Assembly (NCBI GenBank): GCA_017645945.1
Contig: JAGCNL010000018.1
Location: forward strand, 64,249 to 128,248
DNA: 64,000 bases
Direction of reading: 5' to 3'
DNA from: Salinivirgaceae bacterium
GTDB taxonomy: Bacteria; Bacteroidota; Bacteroidia; Bacteroidales; SZUA-534
The number at the start of each line of letters is the position of its first letter. The first letter of the stretch is position 1. The notes under the pieces were generated by a model. It was given only the letters and a program-made list of their open reading frames with translations, had not been told where the DNA came from and made no database searches. Made by a program: the position numbers and the translations under genes. Positions 47,848-57,213 of this stretch are shown here, piece by piece.

Positions 47848-47888
47848 GCCGCTCTATTTTTCTGTGCCAGTTTTAAAATTATTGGCGT

Positions 47889-49241
47889 TTAAAATATTGA
47901 ATAGCAGAAACAACCTATCAGGAAGTAGATAACCATTCCCATAATATCGTTGATGGTGGTTATGAACGGACCGGTGGCCACGGCGGGGTCAATCTTCAGG
48001 CGGTTGAACGCCAGTGGCAGTGCGGTGCCCACAATGGCGGCAAACAGCACAACGGCAACCAGCGACAGGCTCACGGTGATGCTCAGCGCGAAATCGTTGG
48101 CAAAAAAGTTGTAGATGAAAGCCAAGGTGGCCACAATGGCGCCGTTGAGCATGGCTCCAAGCATCTCTTTCAGTATTTTCTTGCCAGCCGAGTCGAGACC
48201 TAAAGAGTTGTTGGCCAAGCCCTGAACAATGATTGACGACGATTGAATGGCCACGTTTCCGCCCATGGCGCCAATCATTGGAATGAAACCTGCCATGACG
48301 GGATGGAGGGCAATGTCGCTGTCGAAACCTTTCACCACAATCGAGCTCAGAATGCCGCCGCCCATGCCAATGAGCAGCCACGGAATGCGCGCTTTGGTGA
48401 GCTTGAACACCGAGTCGCTCGAATCCACATCGCCCGTGATACCTGACATTATCTGGTAGTCCTCATCGGCCTCATCCTTAATCACATCCACAACATCGTC
48501 GATGGTGATTCGGCCCTTGAGCCGCCCAATGCTGTCCACAACCGGCATCGACACCATGTCATACTTGCGCATGATGTTGGCCACCTCCTCGCAGTCGTCG
48601 TCGGTTTTCACCGAGATTATGTCCTCAACAATATTTTTGATTTTCTGATTGTCGTTTGCCAAAAGTAGGTTTTTCAATGGCAGAACGCCCTTCAGAACTT
48701 CTTGGTCATCAATCACATATACATAGAAGAACTCGCCCACATCAGGTGCCTGCTTGCGGATTTCCTCAACGCAGTTGCGCACGGTCATGTTCTCGTTCAC
48801 GCTGATAAGCTCGGTTGCCATAAGACCGCCGGCAGTGTCGGGGTCGTAGTTCAGAAGGTCGACAATGTCGCCGGCCTGCTCAATGTTGCTAATGTTCGAG
48901 AGAACCTCATCTTGCTTTTCTTCAGGAAGTTCCGAGATAATATCGGCGGCGTCGTCGGAATCCATATGGTCGATGACGGCGTGAGCGATTTCCTGTCCCG
49001 AAAGGTCCTCGAGCAGCTCCTCGCGATCGTCTTCCTCAAGTTCGATAATGGCGTCGGCGGTGAGTTCCGACGGCAGCAAATTGAAAAGATAGTGGGCGTC
49101 GTCGGGTTCAAGTTCGCCCAAAATCTCGGCAACGTCGGCGGGGTGAAGTTCCGCCACCATCGATTTTATCGACTCGTCACTGCGCTCCTGAATGGCAAGT
49201 TGCAGTTCCTCAACAAATTCTTTATTTAACTCAAAACGCAT
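47889..49241 (-). CDS. mgtE: Magnesium transporter MgtE
   Basis: Acidic N-domain, tandem CBS region, and a C-terminal 5-TM domain with the GN(V/A)..Q pattern. Confidence 0.92.
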   Translation of the reverse strand: MRFELNKEFVEELQLAIQERSDESIKSMVAELHPADVAEILGELEPDDAHYLFNLLPSELTADAIIELEEDDREELLEDLSGQEIAHAVIDHMDSDDAADIISELPEEKQDEVLSNISNIEQAGDIVDLLNYDPDTAGGLMATELISVNENMTVRNCVEEIRKQAPDVGEFFYVYVIDDQEVLKGVLPLKNLLLANDNQKIKNIVEDIISVKTDDDCEEVANIMRKYDMVSMPVVDSIGRLKGRITIDDVVDVIKDEADEDYQIMSGITGDVDSSDSVFKLTKARIPWLLIGMGGGILSSIVVKGFDSDIALHPVMAGFIPMIGAMGGNVAIQSSSIIVQGLANNSLGLDSAGKKILKEMLGAMLNGAIVATLAFIYNFFANDFALSITVSLSLVAVVLFAAIVGTALPLAFNRLKIDPAVATGPFITTINDIMGMVIYFLIGCFCYSIF

Positions 49242-49253
49242 AATTTCAATTTT

Positions 49254-50039
49254 TTAGATGTTCCTGTTCAACATTTCGCTGATGATATTTGTCAATTCAA
49301 CAAACTCATCGACACTCAATTGCTCGGGCCGTTGTCGGAAGACCGGCAAGTCGCACCGACGGTCCTGCAGGATGGGCTTCAGGCTGTTCGAAAGCGTTTT
49401 GCGCCGCTGATTGAAACTGGTTTTCACAATCTTGACAAACAGTTGCTCGTCGCACGGCAGGTGCTCCACCTTGTTGCGTGTCAGCCTGATAACGCCCGAC
49501 TTGACCTTCGGGGGCGGGTCGAACTCGCATTCGTTGACGGTGAACAGATAATCGATATTATAATATGCCTGCAGCAGAACGCTCAAAATGCCATACACCT
49601 TTGAGCCTGGTTTCGACGCCACGCGCTCGGCGACCTCTTTTTGGAACATTCCCACCATTTGCGGTACCATCTGTCTGTTTTCCAAAATCTTAAACAGTAT
49701 CTGGCTCGATATGTTGTAAGGAAAATTGCCAGCCACCGAAATGGGTTTTCCGAACAGCGCGGGAAGGTCGAGTTTCAGAAAATCGCCCTCAATGATTCGG
49801 CCATTGAGCTCGGGCATTTCAGCCATCAGGTAACACACTGATTCATGGTCGATTTCAACCACCCGCACATCGGCGTTCGGGCGACGAATCAAATGCCGCG
49901 TCAGTATGCCCATTCCCGGACCAATCTCAAGAATAACGTTTGGCGCCGACTCGGTGAACCCGTTAGCAATCCGTGCCGCAATATTTTGATTAGTAAGGAA
50001 ATGCTGCCCTAAATTCTTTTTTGCCCTGACTTTCTGCAT
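49254..50039 (-). CDS. rsmA: 16S rRNA (adenine1518/1519-N6)-dimethyltransferase
   Basis: KKNLGQHFL, EIGPGMG, GNFPYNISS. Confidence 0.93.
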   Translation of the reverse strand: MQKVRAKKNLGQHFLTNQNIAARIANGFTESAPNVILEIGPGMGILTRHLIRRPNADVRVVEIDHESVCYLMAEMPELNGRIIEGDFLKLDLPALFGKPISVAGNFPYNISSQILFKILENRQMVPQMVGMFQKEVAERVASKPGSKVYGILSVLLQAYYNIDYLFTVNECEFDPPPKVKSGVIRLTRNKVEHLPCDEQLFVKIVKTSFNQRRKTLSNSLKPILQDRRCDLPVFRQRPEQLSVDEFVELTNIISEMLNRNI

Positions 50040-50073
50040 CGCTGTCTGTTTTGCGGGTGCAAGATAGATTATT

Positions 50074-50168
50074 ATTTAGAAATTAGGAGTTAGAAATTAG
50101 GAATTAGGAGCCACGAATATGCAAATGGTTCAGGTATTAGGTGTTAGGTGTTAGGTGTTGGTGATTTG
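50074..50168. repeat. Heptamer word mosaic
   Basis: TTAGAAA/TTAGGAG units (50075-50110) and GGTATTA/GGTGTTA/GGTGTTG units (50133-50167). Confidence 0.8.
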
Positions 50169-50300
50169 TCGATTCAATGCACCTTAATTAATAAACGCTA
50201 AAACTCCGCTGCCACGCGCCATCAACAAAAAAATCTCATTTTTCATGTAACATTGCTCGTTTTTTGCAGTCTATATGTTGTTGAAAATCGAAAAACAGAA

Positions 50301-51005
50301 ATGATTGAAATTGAAAATCTGCATAAGTCGTACTTCACGGGGAGCGAGCCTCTGCACGTGCTGAAGGGCATCAATCTGAGCATTGCCGAGGGTGAGCTGG
50401 TGTCGATTATGGGCAGTTCAGGCTCGGGAAAATCAACGCTGCTGAATATTTTGGGTATTCTGGACAATTACGATGAGGGCACTTACCACCTTAACGGCGA
50501 GCTGGTGCGCAATATGAGTGAGAAACGCGCCGCTGGTTTCCGCAACCGAATGTTGGGTTTTGTCTTCCAGCAGTTCAATCTGATAACTTTCAAAAACGCG
50601 CTCGAGAATGTGGCGCTTCCTCTTTATTATCAAGGCATTAGCCGCAAAAAACGCAATCAGATTGCCTACGAGTATCTGGAGCGCGTGGGGCTGGCCACTC
50701 ACGCCGACCATATGCCCAACCAACTCTCGGGCGGACAGAAGCAGCGCATTGCCATTGCGCGGGCGCTCATTGCCAACCCCAAGGTGATTCTGGCCGACGA
50801 GCCAACCGGCGCTCTCGACACCCGCACATCATACGAGGTGATGGACCTTCTGCAGGAGGTGAACCGCGAAGGCAAGACCATAATAATTGTAACTCACGAG
50901 CGCGACATCGCCGATATGACCAATCGCACAGTCTTTCTGAAAGATGGAGTGATTGAATCCGATACCCCGAACAAGATTAAAATCGCCAAAGAATGTTTGA
51001 TTTAG
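50301..51005 (+). CDS. ABC transporter ATP-binding protein (MacB/LolD-like)
   Basis: [39 protein letters not shown] trimmed the start to [11 protein letters not shown]. Confidence 0.9.
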   Translation: MIEIENLHKSYFTGSEPLHVLKGINLSIAEGELVSIMGSSGSGKSTLLNILGILDNYDEGTYHLNGELVRNMSEKRAAGFRNRMLGFVFQQFNLITFKNALENVALPLYYQGISRKKRNQIAYEYLERVGLATHADHMPNQLSGGQKQRIAIARALIANPKVILADEPTGALDTRTSYEVMDLLQEVNREGKTIIIVTHERDIADMTNRTVFLKDGVIESDTPNKIKIAKECLI

Positions 51006-52258
51006 ACAAATGGCAGGAGATTTTTTCGACGATGCGCAAGAACAAACTGCGCACCGTGCTCACCGCGTTCAGCGTGGCGTGGGGTATCTTCATTCTGATT
51101 GTGCTGCTGGGTTCGGGCAACGGCCTGAAGAATGCCATAATGCAGAATTTTGAGAGAGACGCCACCAACCTTGTGATGGTTTATCCGCAGTGGACAAGTA
51201 TGGAGCACAACGGCTACGGAAAGAACCGTCGCATTCAGTTCGACAGCCGCGACACAAAGATGCTCGACAAGCAGGACGGCCTGGCCACAATGGTTCCCGT
51301 GCTGCAGATGTGGAGTTCGAGCGTGAGCCACGGCGCCAACTACGGCAGTTTCGAGACGCGCGGCGTCTACCCCGACATTGTGGTGAGCGAGAATCTGAAA
51401 ATCGAAAATGGCCGTTTCATTAACGAGGCCGACATTCGCCTGAAACGCAAGGTGGTAACCATAGGCGCCGATGTGGTCAAGACCGTCTTTCCCGACACCG
51501 ACCCCATTGGAGAGTACGTAAAAATCAACAACAGTCTGTTCCGCGTGGTGGGTGTTTACAAAGATGCCAACTGGGACAACCGCTACATCTATATGCCATA
51601 CAGCACTGCGCAGACGCTGCAAGGGGGCAAAGACCGCGTGTCGTTCTTCCAACTCACCACCGCACCCGAAGTTGGAGTTGAAGAGAGCAAAGAGATTAAA
51701 ACAGAATTGCGCAAGAAATTTGCCTCACTGCACCAGTTCAGCCCCGACGACGAGCGCGCCGTCTGGATTAGCAACGACCTTGAGGAGTACGAAACGACAA
51801 TGAAACTGTTCGATGGCATCAACATCTTCATTTGGCTGATTGGCATTGGCACATTGATTTCGGGCATTGTGGGTGTGAGCAACATTATGATGATTGTGGT
51901 TAAGGAGCGCACCCGCGAGATTGGCGTGCGCAAGGCTCTTGGCGCGCGACCGAGTTCGGTTGTCAGCCTGGTGTTGTCGGAGGCGGTGAGCATAACGCTC
52001 ATTGCAGGCTACTTTGGGATGGTGCTTGGCGTGGCAGTGATGGAGGTTGTCGATTACATCAACGACCAGATTATCGCCAACCGCCCAATAACAACCGATG
52101 CTGGCGGCGATATGAATATGTTTCTGAATCCGAACGCCGACCTTGGCATAGCCATTGGAGCCACCGTGCTGCTTGTGGTGTGCGGTGCCATTGCTGGTTT
52201 GATTCCCGCCCTGAAAGCAGCTCGCATTAAGCCGATTGAGGCGCTGAGGTACGAATAG
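50993..52258 (+). CDS. ABC transporter permease, FtsX/MacB-type
   Basis: An N-terminal TM helix, a large periplasmic domain, and a C-terminal FtsX 3-TM with KERTREIGVRKALGA. Confidence 0.88.
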   Translation: MFDLDKWQEIFSTMRKNKLRTVLTAFSVAWGIFILIVLLGSGNGLKNAIMQNFERDATNLVMVYPQWTSMEHNGYGKNRRIQFDSRDTKMLDKQDGLATMVPVLQMWSSSVSHGANYGSFETRGVYPDIVVSENLKIENGRFINEADIRLKRKVVTIGADVVKTVFPDTDPIGEYVKINNSLFRVVGVYKDANWDNRYIYMPYSTAQTLQGGKDRVSFFQLTTAPEVGVEESKEIKTELRKKFASLHQFSPDDERAVWISNDLEEYETTMKLFDGINIFIWLIGIGTLISGIVGVSNIMMIVVKERTREIGVRKALGARPSSVVSLVLSEAVSITLIAGYFGMVLGVAVMEVVDYINDQIIANRPITTDAGGDMNMFLNPNADLGIAIGATVLLVVCGAIAGLIPALKAARIKPIEALRYE

Positions 52259-52261
52259 CAG

Positions 52262-52540
52262 GGAGGAGTTAATATTTAGGAGTTAGGAGTTAGAATTTAG
52301 GAGTTAGGAATTAGAATTTAGAATGAACAAAATGGAATGGCAAAATGGATAAGAAGATGAGATATTTTAAACTAAACAGCGAAGCGCCTAAACTTCTAAA
52401 CAGCGAAGCGTCTAAACTTTTTATCAACAGCGAAGCGCTAAACCTTCTAAACTTTAAACTTAAAACTTCGAAAACTTAAAACTAAACACTAAACTTTAAA
52501 CGATTCACCAATTGACCAACTAAACGATTCAACAACAGAA
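52262..52540. repeat. Word-repeat mosaic inside the ABC transporter operon
   Basis: TTAGGAG/TTAGAAT units (52276-52325); ACAGCGAAGCG x3 (52376-52437); CTAAACTT/TAAAACTT words (52440-52530). Confidence 0.85.
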
Positions 52541-52542
52541 AA

Positions 52543-53787
52543 ATGTTCGACAGAGAGTTATATAAGGAAATTTGGCAGGCCATAGTCACCAACAAGACGC
52601 GGTCCATTCTGACGGCCTTTGGTGTCTTCTGGGGGCTTTTTATGCTGATTACGCTCTATGGCGCGGGAAACGGCTTGCAGAATGGCATTGAGGAGGAGTT
52701 CAGCGAGAATGCCAAAAACACATCGATATTGTGGACGGGCCGCACTACCATTCCTTACGGCGGCTTCAGGCGCAACCGCTGGTGGAATTTCAAAAACAGC
52801 GACGTGGAGGCGCTCAACAAGCAGTATCCCGACCTTTACATTGTGCCGCGTATCACGCCGTGGAGCAGCAATGGTGCGTCGTACAACCTTCGCACAACCG
52901 AGTGCGACGTGGTGGGCGAGTATCCTATAACGACCAAAGTTGAGTATCTGAAAATGGAAAAAGGACGATATATCAACGACATAGATATTCGCGAGCGGCG
53001 CAAGGTCTGCGTCATAGGGCCGCGTGTGCGCGACAACTTGTTTCCTAACGGCGAGGAGCCCATTGGCAAGAGTATCCGCGTTGGCGGCGCATATTACACG
53101 GTGGTGGGCACCTACAACTGCAAGGGCTCACTGAGCATCAATTTCGATCCCGAAACGGCCGTGCGCATACCGTTCACCACGGCGCAACAGACTTATAACT
53201 ACGGCGATAACGTTGGAATGCTCATCATCGGTGCGCCCGAAGAGAAGTCAATCAGCGATGTTGAGGACGAGGTTATGCGCTTCATCCGCAGCCGCCACCG
53301 CGATGTGTCACCCGACGACGAGGAGGCCTTGCGGCACGTCAATCTGTCCAAACAGTTTGCGCAGGTTATGAACCTTTTCCTTGGTGTGGACATACTCATT
53401 TGGCTTGTTGGTCTGGGCACACTGCTGGCGGGCATCATCGGCATCAGCAACATTATGCTGGTGATTGTGAAGGAGCGCACACAGGAGATTGGCATCAAGC
53501 GCGCCATCGGGGCCACACCGGCCAGCATTATCCGCCAGATTATGACGGAGGCGGTAATGATTACGGTCGTGGCCGGATATCTGGGCCTTGTGCTGGGCGT
53601 GCTGCTCAACGAGGGTCTGGGCATGGTTTTGGCCAGCAGCGACACCATCTTCTCCAACCCCGGCATCAATCTGGGCGTGGGCCTTATCTGCCTTGCCATA
53701 CTGATTGTGGCTGGCGCCGCAGCCGGTCTGCTCCCCGCCCTCCGTGCGGTGAAAATCAAGCCGATAGATGCGATAAGGGAGGAATAA
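52543..53787 (+). CDS. ABC transporter permease, FtsX/MacB-type (second paralog)
   Basis: Same architecture as the first permease, with KERTQEIGIKRAIGA. Confidence 0.88.
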   Translation: MFDRELYKEIWQAIVTNKTRSILTAFGVFWGLFMLITLYGAGNGLQNGIEEEFSENAKNTSILWTGRTTIPYGGFRRNRWWNFKNSDVEALNKQYPDLYIVPRITPWSSNGASYNLRTTECDVVGEYPITTKVEYLKMEKGRYINDIDIRERRKVCVIGPRVRDNLFPNGEEPIGKSIRVGGAYYTVVGTYNCKGSLSINFDPETAVRIPFTTAQQTYNYGDNVGMLIIGAPEEKSISDVEDEVMRFIRSRHRDVSPDDEEALRHVNLSKQFAQVMNLFLGVDILIWLVGLGTLLAGIIGISNIMLVIVKERTQEIGIKRAIGATPASIIRQIMTEAVMITVVAGYLGLVLGVLLNEGLGMVLASSDTIFSNPGINLGVGLICLAILIVAGAAAGLLPALRAVKIKPIDAIREE

Positions 53788-53790
53788 TTC

Positions 53791-53899
53791 AAAACGTAAA
53801 ACGTAATCCGGATACAGAAAACGTAATCAGAGCACGGAAAACGTGAACAATTGTTTACTTTTGCCGTTCAGTTTGCGTTCACGTTATTATTTTACGTTT
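53791..53899. repeat. AAAACGTAA word repeats, with inverted copies, around the sufC promoter
   Basis: AAAACGTAA-type words lie at 53791-53846 and the inverted TTACGTTT at 53892-53899. A 9-bp IR, AACGTGAAC (53840-53848) / GTTCACGTT (53877-53885), is also present. Confidence 0.7.
53856..53863 (+). promoter_or_regulatory. -7 box TACTTTTG for sufCD
   Basis: It matches TAnnTTTG, 42 nt upstream of the ATG at 53905. Confidence 0.45.
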
Positions 53900-53904
53900 A
53901 AAAT

Positions 53905-54660
53905 ATGCTGACAATAAAAGATTTACGGGCTTCGATTGACGGAAAGCCGATTTTGAAAGGCATCAATCTGCACATAAATGCGGGCGAGGTGCACGCCATT
54001 ATGGGGCCGAACGGCTCTGGAAAAAGCACGCTCTCGTCGGTGCTGACGGGCAACAGCCGCTTCACTGTCGATGGCGGCGAGGTGACGTTTCTGGGCCGCG
54101 ACCTGCTTGCCATGCCGCCCGAGGACCGCGCTCGGTTGGGACTTTTTATGAGTTTCCAGTATCCAGTTGAGATTCCTGGCGTCAGTATGGTTAATTTTAT
54201 GCGCGCCGCCGTCAACGAGAAGCGCAAATTCAATGGTCTGCCCGCACTTTCAGCTGCTGAATATCTGAAACTTATGCGCGAGAAAAGCCAGTTGGTCGAA
54301 ATCGATTCAAGGCTGACGTCACGCTCTGTAAACGAAGGTTTTTCGGGCGGTGAGAAGAAGCGCAACGAGATATTCCAAATGGCGATGCTCGAGCCGCGCC
54401 TGTCGATTCTTGACGAGACTGATTCGGGTCTCGACATCGATGCGCTGCGGATTGTGGCCAGCGGCGTGAACAAACTCAAAACGCCCGAAACATCGGCCAT
54501 TGTCATCACGCACTACCAGCGGCTGCTCGACTACATTGTGCCCGATGTGGTGCACGTGCTCTACAACGGACGGATTGTGAAGACCGGCGGCAAGGAACTC
54601 GCACTCGAACTCGAAGAAAAAGGCTACGATTGGGTTAAACGTGAATTCGACAACATGTAG
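53905..54660 (+). CDS. sufC: Fe-S cluster assembly ATPase SufC
   Basis: [46 protein letters not shown]. Confidence 0.93.
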   Translation: MLTIKDLRASIDGKPILKGINLHINAGEVHAIMGPNGSGKSTLSSVLTGNSRFTVDGGEVTFLGRDLLAMPPEDRARLGLFMSFQYPVEIPGVSMVNFMRAAVNEKRKFNGLPALSAAEYLKLMREKSQLVEIDSRLTSRSVNEGFSGGEKKRNEIFQMAMLEPRLSILDETDSGLDIDALRIVASGVNKLKTPETSAIVITHYQRLLDYIVPDVVHVLYNGRIVKTGGKELALELEEKGYDWVKREFDNM

Positions 54661-54663
54661 TTT

Positions 54664-56031
54664 ATGGAAAACGTTAGCTCAGTCGGTATAAAAGACAAAC
54701 TTACAGCACTTTATCGCCAATATGCCGCGCAGATTGCTGACGGCATGCCCGATGCGATGAACCGTGTGCGCGAATCGGCCATCAGTCATTTCGATGCTGC
54801 AGGCCTGCCAAAAAAGGGGTGCGAACGGTATCGATTTACAGAAATTATGACCGCCTTCGGCCATGCTTACGGCTACTCTATCAGCCAGTTAGCTGCTACG
54901 GCCGACAGCCAGACAGTGTTCCGTTGCGCAGTACCCGACCTCGACACTTATACCATCATTATAAATAACGGCTGGATTGACCTGAAAAACAGCACCTTAC
55001 CCGCCTACATTGTGGCAACTGGACTGGCCGAGGGCGCACAAATCAAGCCTGAGCTTTTTGCAGCCAATTACAACCGTCTGGCCACACAGAAAGATGATAC
55101 TACCATCAGTCTGAACACGGCGTTCGCCCGCAGCGGACTGTTCCTGTATATTCCTGACAATGTTGTGGTTGACAAGCCGATTCAGATTGTCAATGTGCTG
55201 ACGGGCAGCAACGCGCTGATGGTGAACCAGCGCAACCTTATTGTTGCCGGACACGGCAGTCAGGCCAAAATTGTCATTTGCGACCATACGCTCTCCAATA
55301 GCCAGTTCTTGCTGAACAACGTCACTGAAACGGTGCTGGGAGCCAACTCGCAACTCGACTGCTACTGCATTCAAAACCTTAACGACCGCTCATCGCAAAT
55401 ATCAACATTGCTAATTGAACAAAACGCTGACAGCCAACTGCTTGCCAACACTCTGACGCTTCACGGCGGCTTTGTGCGCAACAACGTTGAAGTGCTGATG
55501 GCGGGCCAGAACGCCGAGGCAAATATCTACGGATTGTCGCTGCCGGCAGGGCATCAGCACATCGATAACTTTACATACATCGACCACGCTGTGCCAAAAT
55601 GCACCAGCTACGAACTCTACAAAAACGTACTCAACGACGAATCAGTGGGCGTGTTCAGCGGCTATGTTCTTGTGCGCCCCGACGCGCAAAAAACCAACGC
55701 GATGCAGTCTAACAAAAACATCTGCATATCGCCCACGGCGAAGATGTATACAAAACCGCAACTCGAGATTTACGCCGACGATGTGAAGTGCAGCCACGGC
55801 GCCACTGTAGGCCAGCTGGACGAGAGCGCATTGTTCTATATGCGCCAAAGATGCATAGGCGAAGAGGAGGCAAAAATGATGTTGATGTCGGCCTTCGCAC
55901 ATGAGGTTGTCCGCACAATACGCATACCAGTGCTTGCTGAGCGCTATGCCGAAATGATTGAAAACCGCCTCCGCGGACGTCATGCAGCATGCGGCGATTG
56001 CTTTATGAAATGCGAGAGAAATAAAGGTTGA
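54664..56031 (+). CDS. sufD: Fe-S cluster assembly protein SufD
   Basis: It immediately follows sufC. The C-terminal beta-helix region has L.I.ADDVKCSHGATVG.LDE..LFY..(Q)RG. Confidence 0.88.
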   Translation: MENVSSVGIKDKLTALYRQYAAQIADGMPDAMNRVRESAISHFDAAGLPKKGCERYRFTEIMTAFGHAYGYSISQLAATADSQTVFRCAVPDLDTYTIIINNGWIDLKNSTLPAYIVATGLAEGAQIKPELFAANYNRLATQKDDTTISLNTAFARSGLFLYIPDNVVVDKPIQIVNVLTGSNALMVNQRNLIVAGHGSQAKIVICDHTLSNSQFLLNNVTETVLGANSQLDCYCIQNLNDRSSQISTLLIEQNADSQLLANTLTLHGGFVRNNVEVLMAGQNAEANIYGLSLPAGHQHIDNFTYIDHAVPKCTSYELYKNVLNDESVGVFSGYVLVRPDAQKTNAMQSNKNICISPTAKMYTKPQLEIYADDVKCSHGATVGQLDESALFYMRQRCIGEEEAKMMLMSAFAHEVVRTIRIPVLAERYAEMIENRLRGRHAACGDCFMKCERNKG

Positions 56032-56250
56032 GTCGCTTCGCTTGGGAAAAGTTAAGGCGCTTCGCTGGGAAGAGGTTGATCCCGATAGCTATCGGGAGCT
56101 TCGCTGTTTAGATAACTAAACTTCTTAACCTCTTAACTTCTAAACTTAAAACTTGCCACTCCCCTTTTACCTCTTACCTTCTAAACTTTAAACTTCCCAC
56201 TCCCCTCTTACCTCTCCCCTTCTTAACATCTTAACCAACACCCTCTAAAA
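56032..56250. repeat. Word-repeat mosaic between convergent genes
   Basis: CGCTTCGCT x3 (56032-56111); palindrome TCCCGATAGCTATCGGGA (56080-56097); CTTCTTAAC/CTAAACTT/CCACTCCCCT words. Confidence 0.85.
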
Positions 56251-56253
56251 CAC

Positions 56254-57213
56254 CTACTCCACTGCAAACCACCTCAAACTCTTCACCACTGGGTCAAAAT
56301 CGTAGTAGCGGGCCACAACAAAGTCGCCGTTGCTCAGCAGCATATAGAAATTGTCGGGGTCGATGGACTGCGGAAAGCGGCGCTCAAATGCCTTGTACCA
56401 TACTTCGCGGTTGTCGTCGGTGGTGACTGACAGCGAGTATATGGGCTGTGTAGCTTTGATTGAGTCAATTTGAGATTGCGGAAGTTGCACATAATCAGCA
56501 TATTCCTTACGGGCAAACTGCGTCAGATAGCGTGTCACTTTTTCTTCGTCGATATTGCTCTGTTTCAGGCCGACGGGGTACGAATAAACCTCACTCTGGC
56601 GGCCTTTATGTTTGAGAACAAACGAGTTTTCAGGTTTGGCATTGCTGTTGAAGATAATCTGCCGCACGTGGTCGGGTTTGACGGCAAAAACCGTGCGGCT
56701 TTTCCAATCAGCAGGGCTCGACAGACGGAGAACAGCCATAAATCTGCTGTAGCCTGGCACTTCCACTGCAAACACGCGGTCAGAACCTGCGGCTTGGGCA
56801 TAACACTCGCCGTTGGTGGCAAACAGCAACCTGTAGTGCGCCAGCATTTTCCGTCGGCTTTTGATTTGGATTGTGTAGCCGCGGCTATCCATCTCGGCAA
56901 TCATTTTCTTGGCATCCGATTTGGCCACGGGCTTTGTAATGCTGATGTCGTGCATTGCTTTCAGCAGAACAGGCACAAGTTCGGCGCGGGCAGGTGTTTG
57001 ACCATCAACAAGCCACTGACCATCAGCGCGTTGCAACTCAACACTGCTACCTGAATTAGAGATTGAAACAAGTGCGACGGCGGTTGTATCTTTAACAATC
57101 AGTCCATCTTCGCGCCTGCCGAAAGTCGATTTCCGATTGCTCAAAACCACTGCCAGCGTTGCCGCCAGAAGCACGGCAAACGCAATCAGCAACCGAGCGT
57201 TTTTTGTAATCAT
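56254..57213 (-). CDS. DUF4340-like membrane-anchored protein (third gene of the gldFG operon)
   Basis: I trimmed the start to MITKNARLLIAFAVLLAATLAVV (ATG at 57213), which overlaps the gldG TGA as ATGA. Its position after GldG-type genes is typical. Confidence 0.7.
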   Translation of the reverse strand: MITKNARLLIAFAVLLAATLAVVLSNRKSTFGRREDGLIVKDTTAVALVSISNSGSSVELQRADGQWLVDGQTPARAELVPVLLKAMHDISITKPVAKSDAKKMIAEMDSRGYTIQIKSRRKMLAHYRLLFATNGECYAQAAGSDRVFAVEVPGYSRFMAVLRLSSPADWKSRTVFAVKPDHVRQIIFNSNAKPENSFVLKHKGRQSEVYSYPVGLKQSNIDEEKVTRYLTQFARKEYADYVQLPQSQIDSIKATQPIYSLSVTTDDNREVWYKAFERRFPQSIDPDNFYMLLSNGDFVVARYYDFDPVVKSLRWFAVE

